From Chromera velia (taxonomy: Eukaryota), in the NCBI GenBank assembly GCA_018398765.1, contig JAHBMJ010000257.1, forward strand, positions 1 to 52,454: a stretch of DNA of 52,454 nt. Reading direction: 5' to 3'. The notes beneath the pieces were generated by a model. The model saw nothing but the letters and a program-made list of their open reading frames with translations, did no database searches and was not told where the DNA came from. Of this stretch, positions 23,501 through 37,985 are shown one piece after another. A program made the position numbers and the translations under genes. The first letter of the stretch is position 1. Each line of letters starts with the position of its first letter.

Positions 23501-26500
23501 CCCTCTTGTTAGATCCATCCATGCACTTCGACGTTTCAATGAAGTCGCGGCGGCATGTTCTGTACCTGCTGTGTTGGAATGCCTGAGTGGCCTTTTTTTT
23601 AGAACATCTTTCCCGTTTTCTTTTCGTACAGGGTGTTGAGATCGACACATGCCTTCCTGTCTTGGGACGGGGGCCTGCAGTCGCCATGCAGTCTGCAGAG
23701 ATTTTTCCCCTGAGAGAGAGACTGACTCCTCTTTTTTTTTCCGTCGGTCAGTCGTAATTGTTTCTCTCTCTCTCCGACGTTCACTCTGGATGGAGATTGA
23801 GGAAGGAAGGAAGGACGATGGAAGTCGAGGGGTCGTCTTTCGTATCACAAAAAGTGAGAACACAGACACAGACAGGCAAAGCGACATTCAGAAAAAAACA
23901 GAGACATGAATTCCCAATTCATGAACCTTTATTCAATTGAATTCTGTCGACAGTCAACAACCAATAAATGAAGAAACAAATGAACAAAAAAAGGAAGACG
24001 AACGCACGCAAGCACGAATCAAAGACGGACAGCAAAACTTTGTTTAACTGAACGATGAAGAGAAGGAATCTTTGAATGAATGCAAATTCTTCCTCCACAG
24101 TAGGCCCATACGAAATAATAATTTCAACCCTCCAACGCAACCCCATCCCGTCCAAACTTTGCCCTGCTCCTTGCCTTCTGGTCTCTTTCCCTCGTTTTTC
24201 ATTCTCTCTCTCCTCTTCTCTCCCCTCCCCCCCCTGGAGTGGAGGAAGACTAGTCGAGGAGGGAAGCGAATTCCTTCGTTGCCTGATCGACACCGAGACA
24301 GACCGCCGGAGCGTTTTCTCTTCCTTTTCTCCTTTTGAAACAAGCACGCACAGAGATGAAAGATTAAGAACCACGTGCCAAGTAGAGAGGACAAAGTCAT
24401 TGACACAAAGAACCAAGGGCAGACAGATGGTGAAACAGAGACGGGAAGGAGAGAGAGAAAGAGAAAGAGAGATAAAAGGAATCTAGTGGACTGCTGACTG
24501 CCCTCCGTGCCCCCCCTCTTGCACGGCAAACTCGCACTCCGACTCTAATTAGCCAGTAGATGTGTTTTCATTCGCTTGAAGAATCCTCCTACCTCATTTC
24601 GTTTCTGGTTTTGTCTTCGTCTTCGAAAAGGCGACACCTGGCAGAAAGTAAGAGAGAGAAGCAGGACCCATCAACTGAAGAAAGGGTGAGAATGAGAAGG
24701 GCGAGGGAGGCCTGACCGTGCCCATTTATTTCCCTCCTCCCCTTTGCTGTTGCCCGTCATACATTTACAGACAGCAGAACAGGTGGATAGAAAAATGGAT
24801 CAACGAATCACTCTAGCCACATGTTTCGACTGTCTCATTCCTTTCCTGATTGATTCAATTGGAGCTTTCCCCCTCTTCTCGTTCCACCCCTACCATTTTA
24901 TCCTTCTTGTTGTTGACCAGATTACAGACTGACTTGCTGACTCACTCTACAACACACGTACAGGACGGTGGAGACTCGGTGCTGTCCTTGCTTTCCTTCC
25001 CTGCTTTCTGGCAGTGCAGTCTTTTCAAGGAAACCAATTTAGTTCACTCGTTTCATTCTCTCTCTTTTTATCCTGCATGCCTTCCTTCCCCCCNCCCCCA
25101 ATGGCTTGCTTGTTTGGTCCTCGCTTCCTTCCTTCCATTATTTTCTTTCTTTTCGAGATTCGTCCGCCTTGCTTTCCTTCGTTTTCCCGCTCTTCAATCT
25201 CTCTACTCACCGTTCGCCTGCATTTCTGGTGCCCATGAACTTCGCACACACCGGACAGACTGACACGAGAGAGAGAGAGAGGGAGAGTCCAGCTAGGCCA
25301 CGATAAACACGGAACGACAGAAGAAAAAAAGGGGAGACGGGGTACTAGCGGAGAGACACAGACAGGAAGCGTCGCTGCTAGAAAGACTTTTATCTAAGGC
25401 AACGAAGACAGACGGGGAAGCGAAGAAACGAAGGAAAGGAAAAGGTAGAAGGAAAAAGAGACAGCAAGGAACGGAAGACGGAAGAAAGAGAGAAACAATC
25501 CTGAACGCCTCCCGTCCTAACTCCTCTTTTGTGTTTTTCTACAAGACGAAGAAGATTTGAATTTGAGAACAAATGGAGTTGAATTACGTTTGCGTTTCGA
25601 ACAAAGACGCTGTTTGTCTGCCTGCTATATGGCGACATGCTGTAGAAGAGACAAAAGAATGCACATCGACAAAACAAAAGCATGAACCTGAATACTGCAG
25701 TGAATCAGTAACATGAGCAACACAAAGTCCTCATTCACTGAAAGAATCGCGTGCACGCAAAAAAGACGAATGAATTCTTCTTTCAACCATTGGACAAAAG
25801 AGTGCATGTGCATGAGCGCATGAGTTGAGGGGAAAATCCACGGGTGTAACATACATGCAAGCACACATGCAAGCAAGCAAGCAAGCAAGATCGAATCAAT
25901 CCTGCTGACCTCGGCCTCTTCGACCGCATCTGTATTCTCTTTTCCTTGGAGAAAGACAAATCAAAGTCTTCCTTCTTTCATTCTACCTGCCCTGCTTCAG
26001 GAAGGAGGAAGAGAGGGAAACGGGGGAGAAGAGGGGCGGTTGGGTTTTTGTTAGGGAATTTGATTAGTTGATGTTCGAGAAGAAGATCAAGGCTTTTACC
26101 ACAGCGACAACAAACACAGATTGAGAGCCAGACGAGAAACGAAGACGCAAAGCCCATTTTTTTCGATTTGGAAGTCTTCCTCGTGTTTCCTCAATTGTTT
26201 CTCGGGCTGATTCGATTCATGAGGGTCAACAGTGATGTCAGAAGAAGGAGACCAAGAAGAAAAAGAAGAAAAAGGTTGGTGTGGGAGGGAGGGAGGGAAG
26301 GGAGGGGAGATCCAAAGACACGCACACCCCTTTCGGTTCTCCGTTCGTACCTCTTTCCCTCACCCTGCATCATCCCCCTTTCTCTATTCGGAGTGAGGAG
26401 ACAAAAAAGAGAAGAGAACAGACGGGGGGGGAGAATGAAAGGAATTGACAAAGAAGAAGGAATGCATAACCCTTTGTGAAGAGCAAGGAGAAGGAGCACA

Positions 26501-29214
26501 TGGAGTCGAGAGAAAGCCATAGCAGTGTACGGTCGGTCATGTGATGCTCCTTCTTTTTAGTTGCTCTTGATTAGGTCTTTTCACGCGTTTTCTTTGATTT
26601 TGTTCTCTTGTTTGGCCGCCTTCATTTTTTTCTTTCTCGCATTCTTATTCATTCTTCCTTTCCGATCTCCTTTTTGTACGAGGCCAGAGGGATAGAGAGA
26701 AGGGAGGGAGGGAGGGAGGGAGGGAGCGGGATTGGGATGGAAAGGAAAAGTTGTCGTTCGTTTCTGAATGCGAAGAGTGGAAGAAAACAATCATTTGCCC
26801 CCGTCGCCCCCCCGTCGCGTGGACCTTTGCACGTCCGGTGGGGGGGTTCGAGGGAGGGAAGGAAGGATAGAGGGGCGGTGGGTGGGTGGGTCGGGGAGAG
26901 AAGAGGTCCAGATGAAAGGGGGACAAAGAAAGTAGAGACAGGGAGGGAAGGGGGGGAGGACGCGAGGAAGACGTTCATCATCAAATACATTGAGAGAGAG
27001 AGAGAGAGAAGACGGATGCTGTCAGTGCATGAATGGATAAGTGGAAACGTACCTGCTCACACAAAAAACAGAAATGTCCGGGGTGTTGGCGAAATGGGCC
27101 GTTGCTCGAAACTCGGACGGAATCGATTGCTTCCTTAAACTTGTTTGAGGGTCGGGAAGTGGAAAAGAGCAACAGAGAGAGGCAGATGGTGGGAAGAGCA
27201 ATAGAAAGAGGTACAAGGAGAACGTGATGATCGATCAAGTCTCCTCCCACGTTTCTTTTTTCATTTTTTTTTTCGTTGGTTCTGGCGATCACAATAGTCA
27301 GCCACAGCTACAGCCATAGCCAATCGCCAGGCAGATAGACAGACCTTCTGACCCACTTCCTCCCTCCTGCACAGACAAGGCAGCCCAGTCCAGTGTTATG
27401 TTGTGTTGTGTGACATGTTTTTTCTTTTTTCTCTCATCTTAAGTCTGTTGGATGGAAAGAAATGTGCATCTGCTTCTCTTTCGATGAAATGGGTCCCTCT
27501 CTTCATCAGCGATTCTTCCCTGCAGGATTTGCGATCCTTTGCCGCAAAAAAAAAGAATTAAGTCCGACGTGTCGATTCTGCTTGTCTGCTTGCCTCTCTC
27601 TTTTCTGACCAGAGAGGGAGCTAGATTGCTTCGTTTCAATCCGACCCATCTGTTTCCCTTCCGTGCCTCTTTTTCCGTCGACCCCATCGCTTCCCCGTTT
27701 CGTTTTGCTTTCCATCTTTTATTTCTTTTCCCTCCTTCCGATCCTTCTGACTCTTTGCACAGAAAAAGAAATAAAGTCCTGCTCGCTCCATCTCCGTCCG
27801 TCGTCTCCCTCCCACTTTCTCTCTCTGCCTCAAGAAAGTTGCATGGGTGGTGTGGTCACAGTGACTACATTCGACGGAACAAAGATTGAAGCAAACAGGG
27901 AAGGAAGCAAGAAGGAAAGAAGAAAGGAGCAAAAGATGCAAGACGCAAAAAGAGTGCGACGAAAGACAAGACAACGCTCCCGTGGAGGCCCTTGCCTCTT
28001 CTTTCCATCTCAAGACGACCCCAATCCAACCCCATTCAGCCCCCCACACCGACAAAGGATAGACAGAAAAACAGATTGAAAGAGGGGGGGGGAGACAGTT
28101 TGTAGTGAGAAAGAAGGACGGCCTTGATGGCTGAATAGGTGCATGGGTCCGAGGTCTTTCTTTACGAAGGCAACCCCAACGACATCTACGTGCTGTCAAA
28201 CTCGTGCTATGCCTAGCTCTTTTTGTATGCCTCTCTTCAGAAGAAAACAACTTCCTTCCATCTTTCATACCCACCCGGCGTTTGTTCCTACGTCACTAGA
28301 CCCGCATGCATGGCAGTGCCAATGCTTGCGCGGACTGATCGATTCAATTTGATTGATACCTTCAATGCCTGCCAGGCAATTAACTAACCGCGCAAAACGA
28401 GAATTTGGCAGACAAACAGACGAAACAAAAGGAATTTTCAACTCATTTGCACACACCGTGTTGCAGGTCGTGCCGCGCCGACATATACAAACACACACAG
28501 ACAGACAAAATAACGTGCCATATTTTGAAACAAAAGACAGAAGGACAGTATTTGAAATTGAAACATTGATGCCTTGTCAAACGACGAACCGGACAGGCGA
28601 AGACAAACAGCCAGAGTCAGAAAGACGCATACACACATACACACACACACAGTCACACACACACATGGGGGAGTCATGGAAGCTCTCTTTCCTTTGTCGC
28701 ACTCAAATGCCAGACAAGCCACGCTGTTCCCCTTCTCCCCCCCCTCCTTCTCAATTCTCGTCTCACCTGCCCATCCCACACAAACGAGAAGACGAGAGAG
28801 ACGAATGAATCCACACGCGGATTCATTGCGGTCTCAATTCAGGGCAGGCCAAATCGATCAGATCGGTTAGGGGGGTTGGGAGGGGGGGATGCACAGCCAT
28901 GACCGGCCCCTCCTTTCATCTCTGGAGGAACACACGCACACGCACACACACACACAGGCATTGTAGAGGTCTAGGGTTCGTGTGGGGGCTTTTGTTTCTT
29001 CGTTCAAGAAAGACCTCAGAGATCACGCAGGCAGCCAGACACACAGACTGCATAAGCAAGCTAATTGACAGACAAAAATAGAGATAAAAACAAATCAAGA
29101 ATTACTAGAGAGAGAGACAGTCTCTCTTTCTACTTCAACCGACTTTCGATTGGTCTGATCAAACATGCATCTCTTTTCCTTTACTGTATAGAAGGAGTCT
29201 TTCTCACTTCATTT

Positions 29215-29222
29215 GTGTGTGT

Positions 29223-29269
<47 letters not shown>
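29215..29269. repeat. (TG)n microsatellite
   Basis: Directly visible, with one interruption. Confidence 0.9.
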
Positions 29270-29273
<4 letters not shown>

Positions 29274-30356
29274 CATCCAAGAGAACAAAAGGAGAAGATG
29301 AGTCAAAAAGCGTATTCACGAAAATGACTGCTGCTGCTCAAGGCTTGTCGTTGTTCGAGCAGGCGTAGAAAGAATACAACAAAGAGAAAACAAGAGGGGG
29401 GAGAGTTGCCGATTCCCCAGCACCAAGTGACGCCTCTGGCTTCTCTCCCTTGGTCCTACCCCGTTTGTGACAAGAAAGAAAGAGCAAAAGAAACGAAGAC
29501 GGACGGACAGACGGAGAACACGAAAAAAACAAAGAAACCAATCAACAAGTGTTGCAACGGCAGCAGCTGTATCATTCGCTCCCGCATTTACCTTTGCCTT
29601 CTCCCTCCGTAGTTTTTCATTTCTTTTCCTTCTTCCGCTGCATGCATGCAACAGAACGCGGCTCTGCATGCATGGGTCATCGTTTTTCTCTCTTTCTTCT
29701 TGGTTGCCCGAGCTTGAGCAATAGGTTGATGCGAATAATTCATTAATGTGTTCCAGAATCCTTGCACACACACGGCCAGTACTTTTCTCAGTCAGTCAGT
29801 CAGGTAGGTTGGCAGGCAGGCAGGACGACCATCTTTTCACTCATTCCACTACATTGGCTGGCAGATTCGAACGACCGGACAGCCTTACAACCAACAAAAG
29901 AAAAAGCGAAACCACGGGCATTTTTTGCAAGCAGCTTTTGTTGTGTTCACAGATATACACGACAAACAAAAGCACAAAAACAACGAAAGACTTTGACAAC
30001 ACGTGCCCCCTTCTTCCCAGACCTGAATGCCCCCTGACTCTTTTTGCCTGTATGTGTGCTCGAGGCCATCTTGACTTGTGACTATCCTCGTGTCGGGGCA
30101 TTCCTACTACGACCCAGGGCAAACAAGACGGACGGAAAGGAAGAAAGAAAAGAAAAAGGAAAAAAAAAAATCAAATCAAGGGACTGTCGGAATCAAGGAG
30201 GGTTGGGCAAGCGCTCTTTCCCCCCAGTCCCTCGGTCGCCTCTTAATAAGATGACCGGTCCACTACATCATTTCTTCCCTCCATCCCTCCTTCCTTCCTA
30301 TGTGTGCATCTGTCCTCGCTACTCCATCCATCCATCCATTTATGAGTCCACTCTCT

Positions 30357-30889
30357 CTACACCCCCCCTCTTCGCCAGAGGACTGCTGTTCCCGTCGTGT
30401 CCGTAGAGACCAACAGAGACTCCGTATCGCTCACCGCCACCGCAAGCACGGGGGATCTGTGGTGGACCAGGGAAGCCCGGCGCGGCCCTCGCGTGTCTTC
30501 CGACGTCTTCACCACCCCTGGAGTGAGGCCGAACACTTGCACCCGGGAGTCCTCGCTGCCCGAGACCACAAAACCCGAAGGCTGACCGCTGTGCCATGAG
30601 CTGACGAAGCAACTACGCAGTGAGTGCACAGCGTGATGGATCTGCAAGGAAGCACACCGGCAAATCAAGCAGTTCGTTGATTCAAAAACACTCAGACAGA
30701 GTCAAACAGATGGACAGGCAGGCAGCCACGCTTCTTATCTTCCTTTCGCCCAACAGAGGAACCAAAAAAGGAAGATACGAGCCTGAAGTCCTTCCTTCCT
30801 CATGTCTTTCAGCGAAGCTTTCACACCCTGAACCCATTGCTGAAAACCACGCGAGGTCCCGTCAGGTCGAAGGGAACAACCATGGAGAA

Positions 30890-30928
<39 letters not shown>

Positions 30929-31589
30929 CACACACACAAGCACACACACACACACACACACAAGCTCGCACACACACAAGCACGCACAAAATGGAACAGC
31001 CAAGGAAGGACCGATGCATCGACAGAAGGAAAGAAAGACCGACCGACCTGGAGTTTCTGCAGCGGCTGCAGTTGGACGTTCATGAGCACCTGTTGCTGAA
31101 GGTTGCCCGTCTCCTCTACCGCCCCCCCGCTTACACGCGGGTCGACAAGTACAGAGAGGATCGTCAGGCAGTGATCGTTCGAACTCACCAGCAAAAGAGG
31201 GGAAAGCGAACGCGCCCCAGGGGGCCCTCCCGTGCTTCTCTTCTGAGAAGAAACGAAACAGACATCACTCACGGGGGCTGAGCTGACAGAAATCTCTGCT
31301 GACGTTAACCTTGTCATGGTGTAATCCCCCCCCGCCTGAAGTCCTCCCTCAAACGCAACCACCTGCTTCCATCCCCCATTTCGCACAACCGCAACGACAT
31401 CGATAGCCCCCTGACGGGTGCCTGTAAAAACAAGACCGGGAAGCTCAACACCGAAGCGCATCCCTGTGCACATCTCGGGTGTCAATTCTGCACAGGGGGT
31501 CTGCTGCATGCTGGACGAAAAACATGTTGGAAGAGGACCGTGCCGCTCCCCCGTCGCCACTGCGAGAGCTGAGGGGGTCCCGCCAAGCT

Positions 31590-31642
<53 letters not shown>

Positions 31643-34600
31643 CGCATGCTTCACACAATTTTGCCGACTTCTTTTCCCTTTTTTGCCACATCTTTTCCAC
31701 AATCGACTTTGAACACAGACACAGACACACACAAGTACGCGCGCTCAGTATTTTTTTCTCTGGACATGCACACAGACATACAAGAGGAGGGGCACGATTC
31801 TAATTGAAACTTCCTGGACTTAATTTTCCTATCCTCTGCCTCACAATCTGATCCCATGAGTACATCGATGGAGCACACTCTCAGCAATACACAGATGATT
31901 TCTTACCGGATGAAACTACCCTACGATCGTCACTGTGCTGATTGAGTTTCAAAAAATTTGATGAGAAAGCTGCTTGGAGACTACTCTCTGCCCACCTTCA
32001 GCTTGAGGACCACCGCACCGAAGCTAGAGTTTACCTCCAACAGTCTCATCTTGTCCTTTTTCGTCCCAATCGCAAACACGACACGGTCATCAGTCGGTCG
32101 TTTTGGGGGGTTGTGGTTTGGGTATGTCGACGGGAGCATCGAGAAGCAGAGAACATGATCACGGCAGTTGACTGTCTGCAGCAACGTTCCGTTATCCACC
32201 CGCCAGATCTTCATGGTCGAATCTATCGAACCACTCGCAAGCCGATCCTCTCGACCTGGGGGGAAGAACACAAGCCCTGTCACGCAACGCGCGTGCCCGG
32301 TCAGACGGGCGTGCGACACCACGGGGGAGGACTCAGCCGAGTTACGGGCAACGTCCCATACCCATGCATCGTCCCTCTGACCCCCCTGCGTGTCTATCGG
32401 ATAGGAATCGTCCCCCCTACTCACCCGCGCCTTCTCTGCTGCCATTTCCACTTCCGCGGGGGTCCGATAGATGCGGTGGAGTGTCACCTGCCCATTGCGC
32501 GTACCGCACGCCAGCATGATGAAGTGCCGTCTGATGCGCTCTTGGCCGAAAGCAAGAACGTACACTGCAGCCCTATCGACATCCCCTCCTACCGCAGGCA
32601 CAAATTCTGTCGCTACTCGGACATCGCACCAGGACGGTGTGGGTGTGATTGTCGTCTTGCCATTGGGTCTCTTTTCTTTGGGGTCTGCTGACAGAATTGC
32701 TGCTGGGGGGGCTTGAAGAGAGTCGGCAGACAAGGAAGCCTTCAGAAAAAGAGCACCCGACTCAGCTGAGGGTGGCGTTCCGGTTCGGCTTTCTCTGCTG
32801 CTGCTGCTGCTGTCCTTGTCCTTGTCTGATGATCGGTGGGATGAGATTGGAGGAGGAAGAGGCAACACAGGCGTCGCGGTTGCAGGTGCCACACCCAAAA
32901 GCGACGGCTTCGGACCCACCGGCGGAACGGGGGCAGAAGGTGCCGATGGGGGGGCGGAGAGTACCTGCACGTGCACGTGTGCGTTTGGGTGCACTTGGGA
33001 GAGGGGGGGTTTGTGTGGCAGGAGGGGGGGTGGAGACGGCTGCAGACCTTTCGGAGAAGCCATCACCTTCACTCCATTCACACAGAGCGCTTCCCCCACA
33101 GACCTCTCTCTCGGCAGAGTGCCAGAAGCAAAGCTGCCGGAGTCGGATGCCGCAGACCCTACAGACCTCCCCCCTCCCCCGGCTGAAAACGGCAGAGGGA
33201 CCTGGGTCGCGTGAGACTCGGAGGCTCCGGAGGCAGATGCCCCGCGCTCGGGGTCCTCCTGACTGCCCCCCGACCCTGGTCCCCCTTGAGCTTGAGGATC
33301 GAACAGGGGAAGAAGCAACGCCCCCCCTCCGCCTCCTGTGCGAGCGGAAGAGCTACCGGAAAGGGATATGGGGGTTGGATCGCCAGACTGAGGGGGGGGC
33401 ACACCGAGAGGAGGGTAAGGGATCCTGCCGTTGAGGGAATGTCGCGGCATGGGTTGGGGGACAGAGTGGGATCGTGGAACAGCACATGCCTGTTGTGTCT
33501 GTCCATTCACTGTCACCGGGTTGGAGGGCGAGAAGGCGAATGCAGCAAAGTCGGGGGAGGAGGAAGGAGACGGTGTTGCAGCAGGAGTCGTGGCAGAAAC
33601 ATCTCCCGAGACAGGAGAGGGGAGAGTCCCCCCCCGCACGTTAAACTTCCTTTGAGAAGGAGGTCCCCCCCCTCCCATAGCAGCGGTCGGACAAACCGGT
33701 TCATCCACTGTCCTGGAAAAGGAGCCCCCCGGAAGAACAAGGGGGTTCGGTCGGGAGCAAGCTCCGTCGCCTCTTCCCTGTTTCATCGGGGGGGGTCCTG
33801 GAGGAGGGGGTGGTTGTGATTGTGGAGCTGGTGTCTTTGCTTGCTGCTGTGTCGGAGCTTCAGCTGCAGAACCGGAGAGGTGAGCTTTGGCGGATGCAGC
33901 AGCGGGAAATGGACTCACGGCTCCTTGATATGCTGACAGGGATGCCAGATAGGACTTCGCTATGTTTTCCGTCAGCTGTGCAACAGCTCTAGCAGCTTCG
34001 GCAGCAACTCCCGGATCGTTTTTCTGCTGCTGTTGAAGAAAGAGGGCAGGTCCGTTGGGGGTGGGGGAGGCGGTATCTGAACGGGCAGACGGGGCGGTAG
34101 GAAGCGGACTGTGAGACTGCATCACTGCAGCAGACACTGACACTGCAGATGCCGGAACCGATGGCAAGAAAGGAGGGTAACTTTGACCCCTCATGGCAGC
34201 ATGCGGAGGGGGAGACTGACACGGAGACTCGAGAGGACAATCTATTGGTCCTCCGTCCAGCAAAGTCTCGATTTGCTGTTCCCCTGTCTGCTGTCTCTGT
34301 GACCTCTCCGTCTCCTTCTTCTCCCCCCTCATCGTTGGAGAATTCGAGAGAGCCTCCGAAAGGAGAAAAACCTTTCGGTTGCTGTTGCTGCACCCACTAC
34401 TGTTGTTCGGCTGCTGCTGCTGGGACGAACTCAGATTACTCGGTCCTTGCGACTGCTGTTGCAGCTCCAACAGAGACGTCAGCTTCCCGGGGTGGGGGGG
34501 ACCGACAGGAACTAGAACAGGTTGGGGAGGGGGTGGGGAGACCATCGGAACTGGACTCTGTTGCTGCTGGTGGGACGGGGTGTAAACCTCGGGGGTAGGC

Positions 34601-37251
34601 TTCTCACAGCCGCTGTAGACATGCTTTCCGTCCCGGAGGTGGGGGGGGTGGTCCCCCTCTTGTCTGCCTGGTCCCGGAGCGGGTGTCACAGGGTGTGGGG
34701 GGGATGTCTGGTGATTCCACTGGACAATATGGGGGGGCTGGGGGGGTGCAATGCGCTGCTGTAGCTCTCGCGATGTGTGGAGGGAGGAGGAGGGATGGGA
34801 TAGAGGCATGGGTGCACTACCATTTCCAGTCCCCCCATTCATTCCGTTCGACCCGACAGGTACAGGCACCGCTGCCGGATGGGGAGGAAGGAGCAGATGG
34901 AGGTCCCGCTCTCGCTGCGACTGTCCGTGAAGAACACGCATTAAGTTGGCCGGAGGAGACGGAGAGGGAGAGGGGGAGGACGCTGAGGCACTGGAGTCAT
35001 TTAAGTTCTCTCTCTCCCTCTGCAGTGGACTGGGGGTTGGTGAGTCGAGAGAACAGGCTTCCACTAGAGACAAGGGCTGCTTTTGAACTTTATTCGGGGG
35101 TCTCGTCAGTAGCTGTAGCTGCTGCGGCTGTTGCTGCGGCCTTTGACTTGAGGTCGGCATCGGCACAGATGGAGGAAGAGGGCAAGGACCCGTGCCCCCC
35201 GTTGGGTTTTGGAGGGAGGGTCCGAAGGGTGCGGGTGTCCATGACTGAGTGTGAGGGGCAGAGGGCGGAAGAGACGGTGATCCTTCTGGGAGGGGTCGAG
35301 ACGATTCTTTTCCTCCAGAGAAGGAAGGGGGAGACGGAAGATGTTCTTTTCCGATGGGGGGGCCATTTGGTGCTGCTATTGATCCTGAACGACCACCCAG
35401 CAGAACCCCCTCAGGCTCCTTCTGCTTCTCCAATCGGAGCCGGAGGATTTGCACCTCCTCCTCCAGACGTAGGCGGTCCTGCTTGAATTCTTCTAGAGAC
35501 AACTCAGCAGCCTCGGCACGTGCTTGAAGCTCGCGTTGTTTGGTCACACCCTGACTGGCTTGCTCAGTCAAGGCACTCACCTCTTTCCGTGACATCAGCA
35601 GGGCCTTTTTCATGAACTCTGTGCTCGCGTCCCACCCTGACACAGGAGCACCCGGGGGGACCGCTGGAGAGGAGGATAGCTGAAGGGATCGATAGTTAGA
35701 AAAACCGAAGCTCTCCGATTTGCTCTCCTGACCCGACGGTACATCCACCCCCCCCTCCCAGGGGGTGGCAGTGCCTGGGGAAGGTCTCAGTCGGTCCTGC
35801 TTTTGGAGCGGAAAGCTGGTGACCGCCTGTGTGAGGACATCGGATGCCTTCTGCAGGCGTGTGGCGACGCTGAAGAAAAGGGCGTTTTGACTATCGATTT
35901 TCTTTCGGAGGAGTTCGGCGGTGCTTTGCGGGGTCGGGGGCTTGTCTGTGGATCCTTTGCGAGCGGCTTTCTGGAGGAGCTTGAGATCTTCCAAACAACT
36001 TGAGAGCTTTGCCTTCAAGGCCTCTTCTTCGGCACTCAGAACGAGAGGGGGGACATAGGCGGAAGTGGAGAGGGGATCACTCGACGGTGCAGGGGAGACG
36101 GAGTGGGTGTGGGGGGAAGGGGAAGGGGAAGAGAACGGAAGGGCAGCTGTCTTTGGCTCCCCTGCCCATGCGTGTCCTTTTTTGTCACTCAGACTGTCGG
36201 GGCAAGGGGGGGGAGGGGGGACAACCGAAGGAGAAGAAGAAGGGGGAAGGTGAAGTTTCTGGAGGGTCCCGTTGCCTCTGTCGGTGGGGAAGGGAAATGG
36301 AAGGAAATACTCTGGAGACTGGGGGGTAGAGGGACTTGCTTCCCCTTCCCCCTCGTGATCCCACAAGGGCACCTCGGGCTCGAGAGATAGAGCGCCCATG
36401 CTGACAGACGAAGCCTTCTCGTGCTTTTGGTGGTTGTTATTGTTGGGGGCAGAGTGGCGGTGTTGCATGCCGTTTACCCCGACACCCACTCCTCCATTCA
36501 CGGGAGTGTGGGATGGAACGGGAATCGGAGAAGGGACCTGCAGGCGGAGAACGCGAACATTCCTGCCGCAGGTTTCCTTTCCTTTTTCTACAGCAGGGAG
36601 GGAAGAGGTGGAAGGGCGAGAAGAGGAGAAGGAGGGGGCAAAAACGCCTCCTGAAGGCTTTCCGTCTCCTTTCCTGCTCCCCTCTGGTGGGAGGGGATCG
36701 TGCGGGTGAAGGAAGAAATCGTTGGGGGTCAGGGGAAGGGGGTTCTTTGTTTGGAGGAGCGGCGAGGGGTTTCGACCCAGCCTCATTGTGTCAACTGATT
36801 TGGGGGTGTCAGAAGGGGGCGTTGAGCTGCCCGAAGAGGAAGAGGAGGAGGCGCCCGCCCCCCCTGCAATCTTTTGGGGCAGGGCCTCGCTCCTCCCCTC
36901 CCCTTCTCCCTGTTTGTCCTGCGGAGTCTGCGACAGATGGTTGTCATCTTGGGACGCGTGCCCAAAGAAAATGTGCGTCTGTCGCTGTTCTGAGGACGCC
37001 ACAGAGCCCCCAGTGGTGGTAGTAGGGGTGCCAGCAAGGTCGTTCTGCTGCTGATTTTGTTTGTTTCGATTGAATAGATCTGCCAGCTGGATCCGGCCAT
37101 CTGCCACTAGGGAAGTGGCAGCCTGCTCATCCAGAAAATCACTGCTTAGGTCTGCGGGGAGAAAGGCATACAGCTCCTGCCCACCCCAAGACGCACAAGA
37201 GTCGTCATGCGCATCTTCTTCTGCCGGAGAGGGAACGTCTGCTTTCTTCAT
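30357..37251 (-). CDS. WDR13: WDR13-like WD40-repeat protein with long P/S/Q-rich N-terminal extension, 3 exons, ~2026 aa
   Basis: Exons 37251-31996 (AAG|gtgggc), 31587-31048 (CAG|gtcggt) and 30641-30357, all phase 0. WD40 motifs: LTGHARCVTGLVF...LASGSIDSTMKIW and VVSGSEDSRVQVF. The C-terminus HRSPVLAVAVSDTESLLVSTDTTGTAVLWRR closely parallels the WDR13 C-terminal blade as I recall it. The WD40 call is firm, WDR13 orthology less so. Confidence 0.8.
30893..30961. repeat. (CA)n microsatellite in intron 2 of the WD40 gene
   Basis: Directly visible. A second (CA)n(GA)n tract at ~31594-31642 abuts the exon 2 acceptor. Confidence 0.9.
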
Positions 37252-37849
37252 GATCGGTGTCGAATAGGACTAGCTGGGAGTACTGCAGCCTCTCTTACTC
37301 TTGTGGTGGTGTGAGGATGCCAAACCGACTCCAGTGACCCCTCCTGCAAAGTGAAAGCAGAGAAGGAATAAAGTAAAATAAAAGTTCATTGTGCACTGAG
37401 AAGCAGAATGAAAATGGTGTATTCGGAGACTTACCACTTCACGTTCAATTTTCCATACGATAGGTTGACTGCCCTGCTGGATTTTCGAAAGGAATGTTGG
37501 GAGTTTCGTAGTGGTCTGGAGATAGGACGCTCCCGTGATCCTCCCACTGTGATCGAAAAGTGGCAACTTCCCTATGCTGCCCTTTTCTCCTGATACAACA
37601 ACGGCTGCAGAACTGACATACAGAATTCACAGACTTCGGTTCACAGATAGAGAAGACGGAACTTCACAGTGCAAGCCAAATCCCAAGGTTGAGAAAGACC
37701 TGCACGTACGGCAGTGACTGCCACTGACTCTCTCGCGTACACTGCCTGCCGGAAGGCGTACACCTGACCATACCTGACCAACTGAACGGGACAAAGGGGA
37801 GAGAGAGAAGTAAAACGGAGAAAGTTATTTCGTTTCGGCTTCGGGGAAT

Positions 37850-37985
37850 GATCGCGCGGATTCGCGCGGAGAGGCACGCGTACGTATGGCACGCGTACAC
37901 TCAGGCGTGGCTGACGCACTGAAATAAAATCACGTCGACGCACGCAGCCGTGCGAGCACCATGCATGCACCCGCGGCAAAGCGAA
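37850..37985. promoter_or_regulatory. CG-rich motif cluster in the divergent WD40/ankyrin intergenic region
   Basis: TCGCGCGGA twice, GGCACGCGTAC twice and TGCATGCA, located between two divergent start codons. Function is inferred from position only. Confidence 0.4.

Noticed and set aside
27223..27352. Possible C/D-box snoRNA (GTGATGA ... CTGA); similar case at 21388
   Set aside because: No terminal stem or recognisable guide, and such words are expected by chance.
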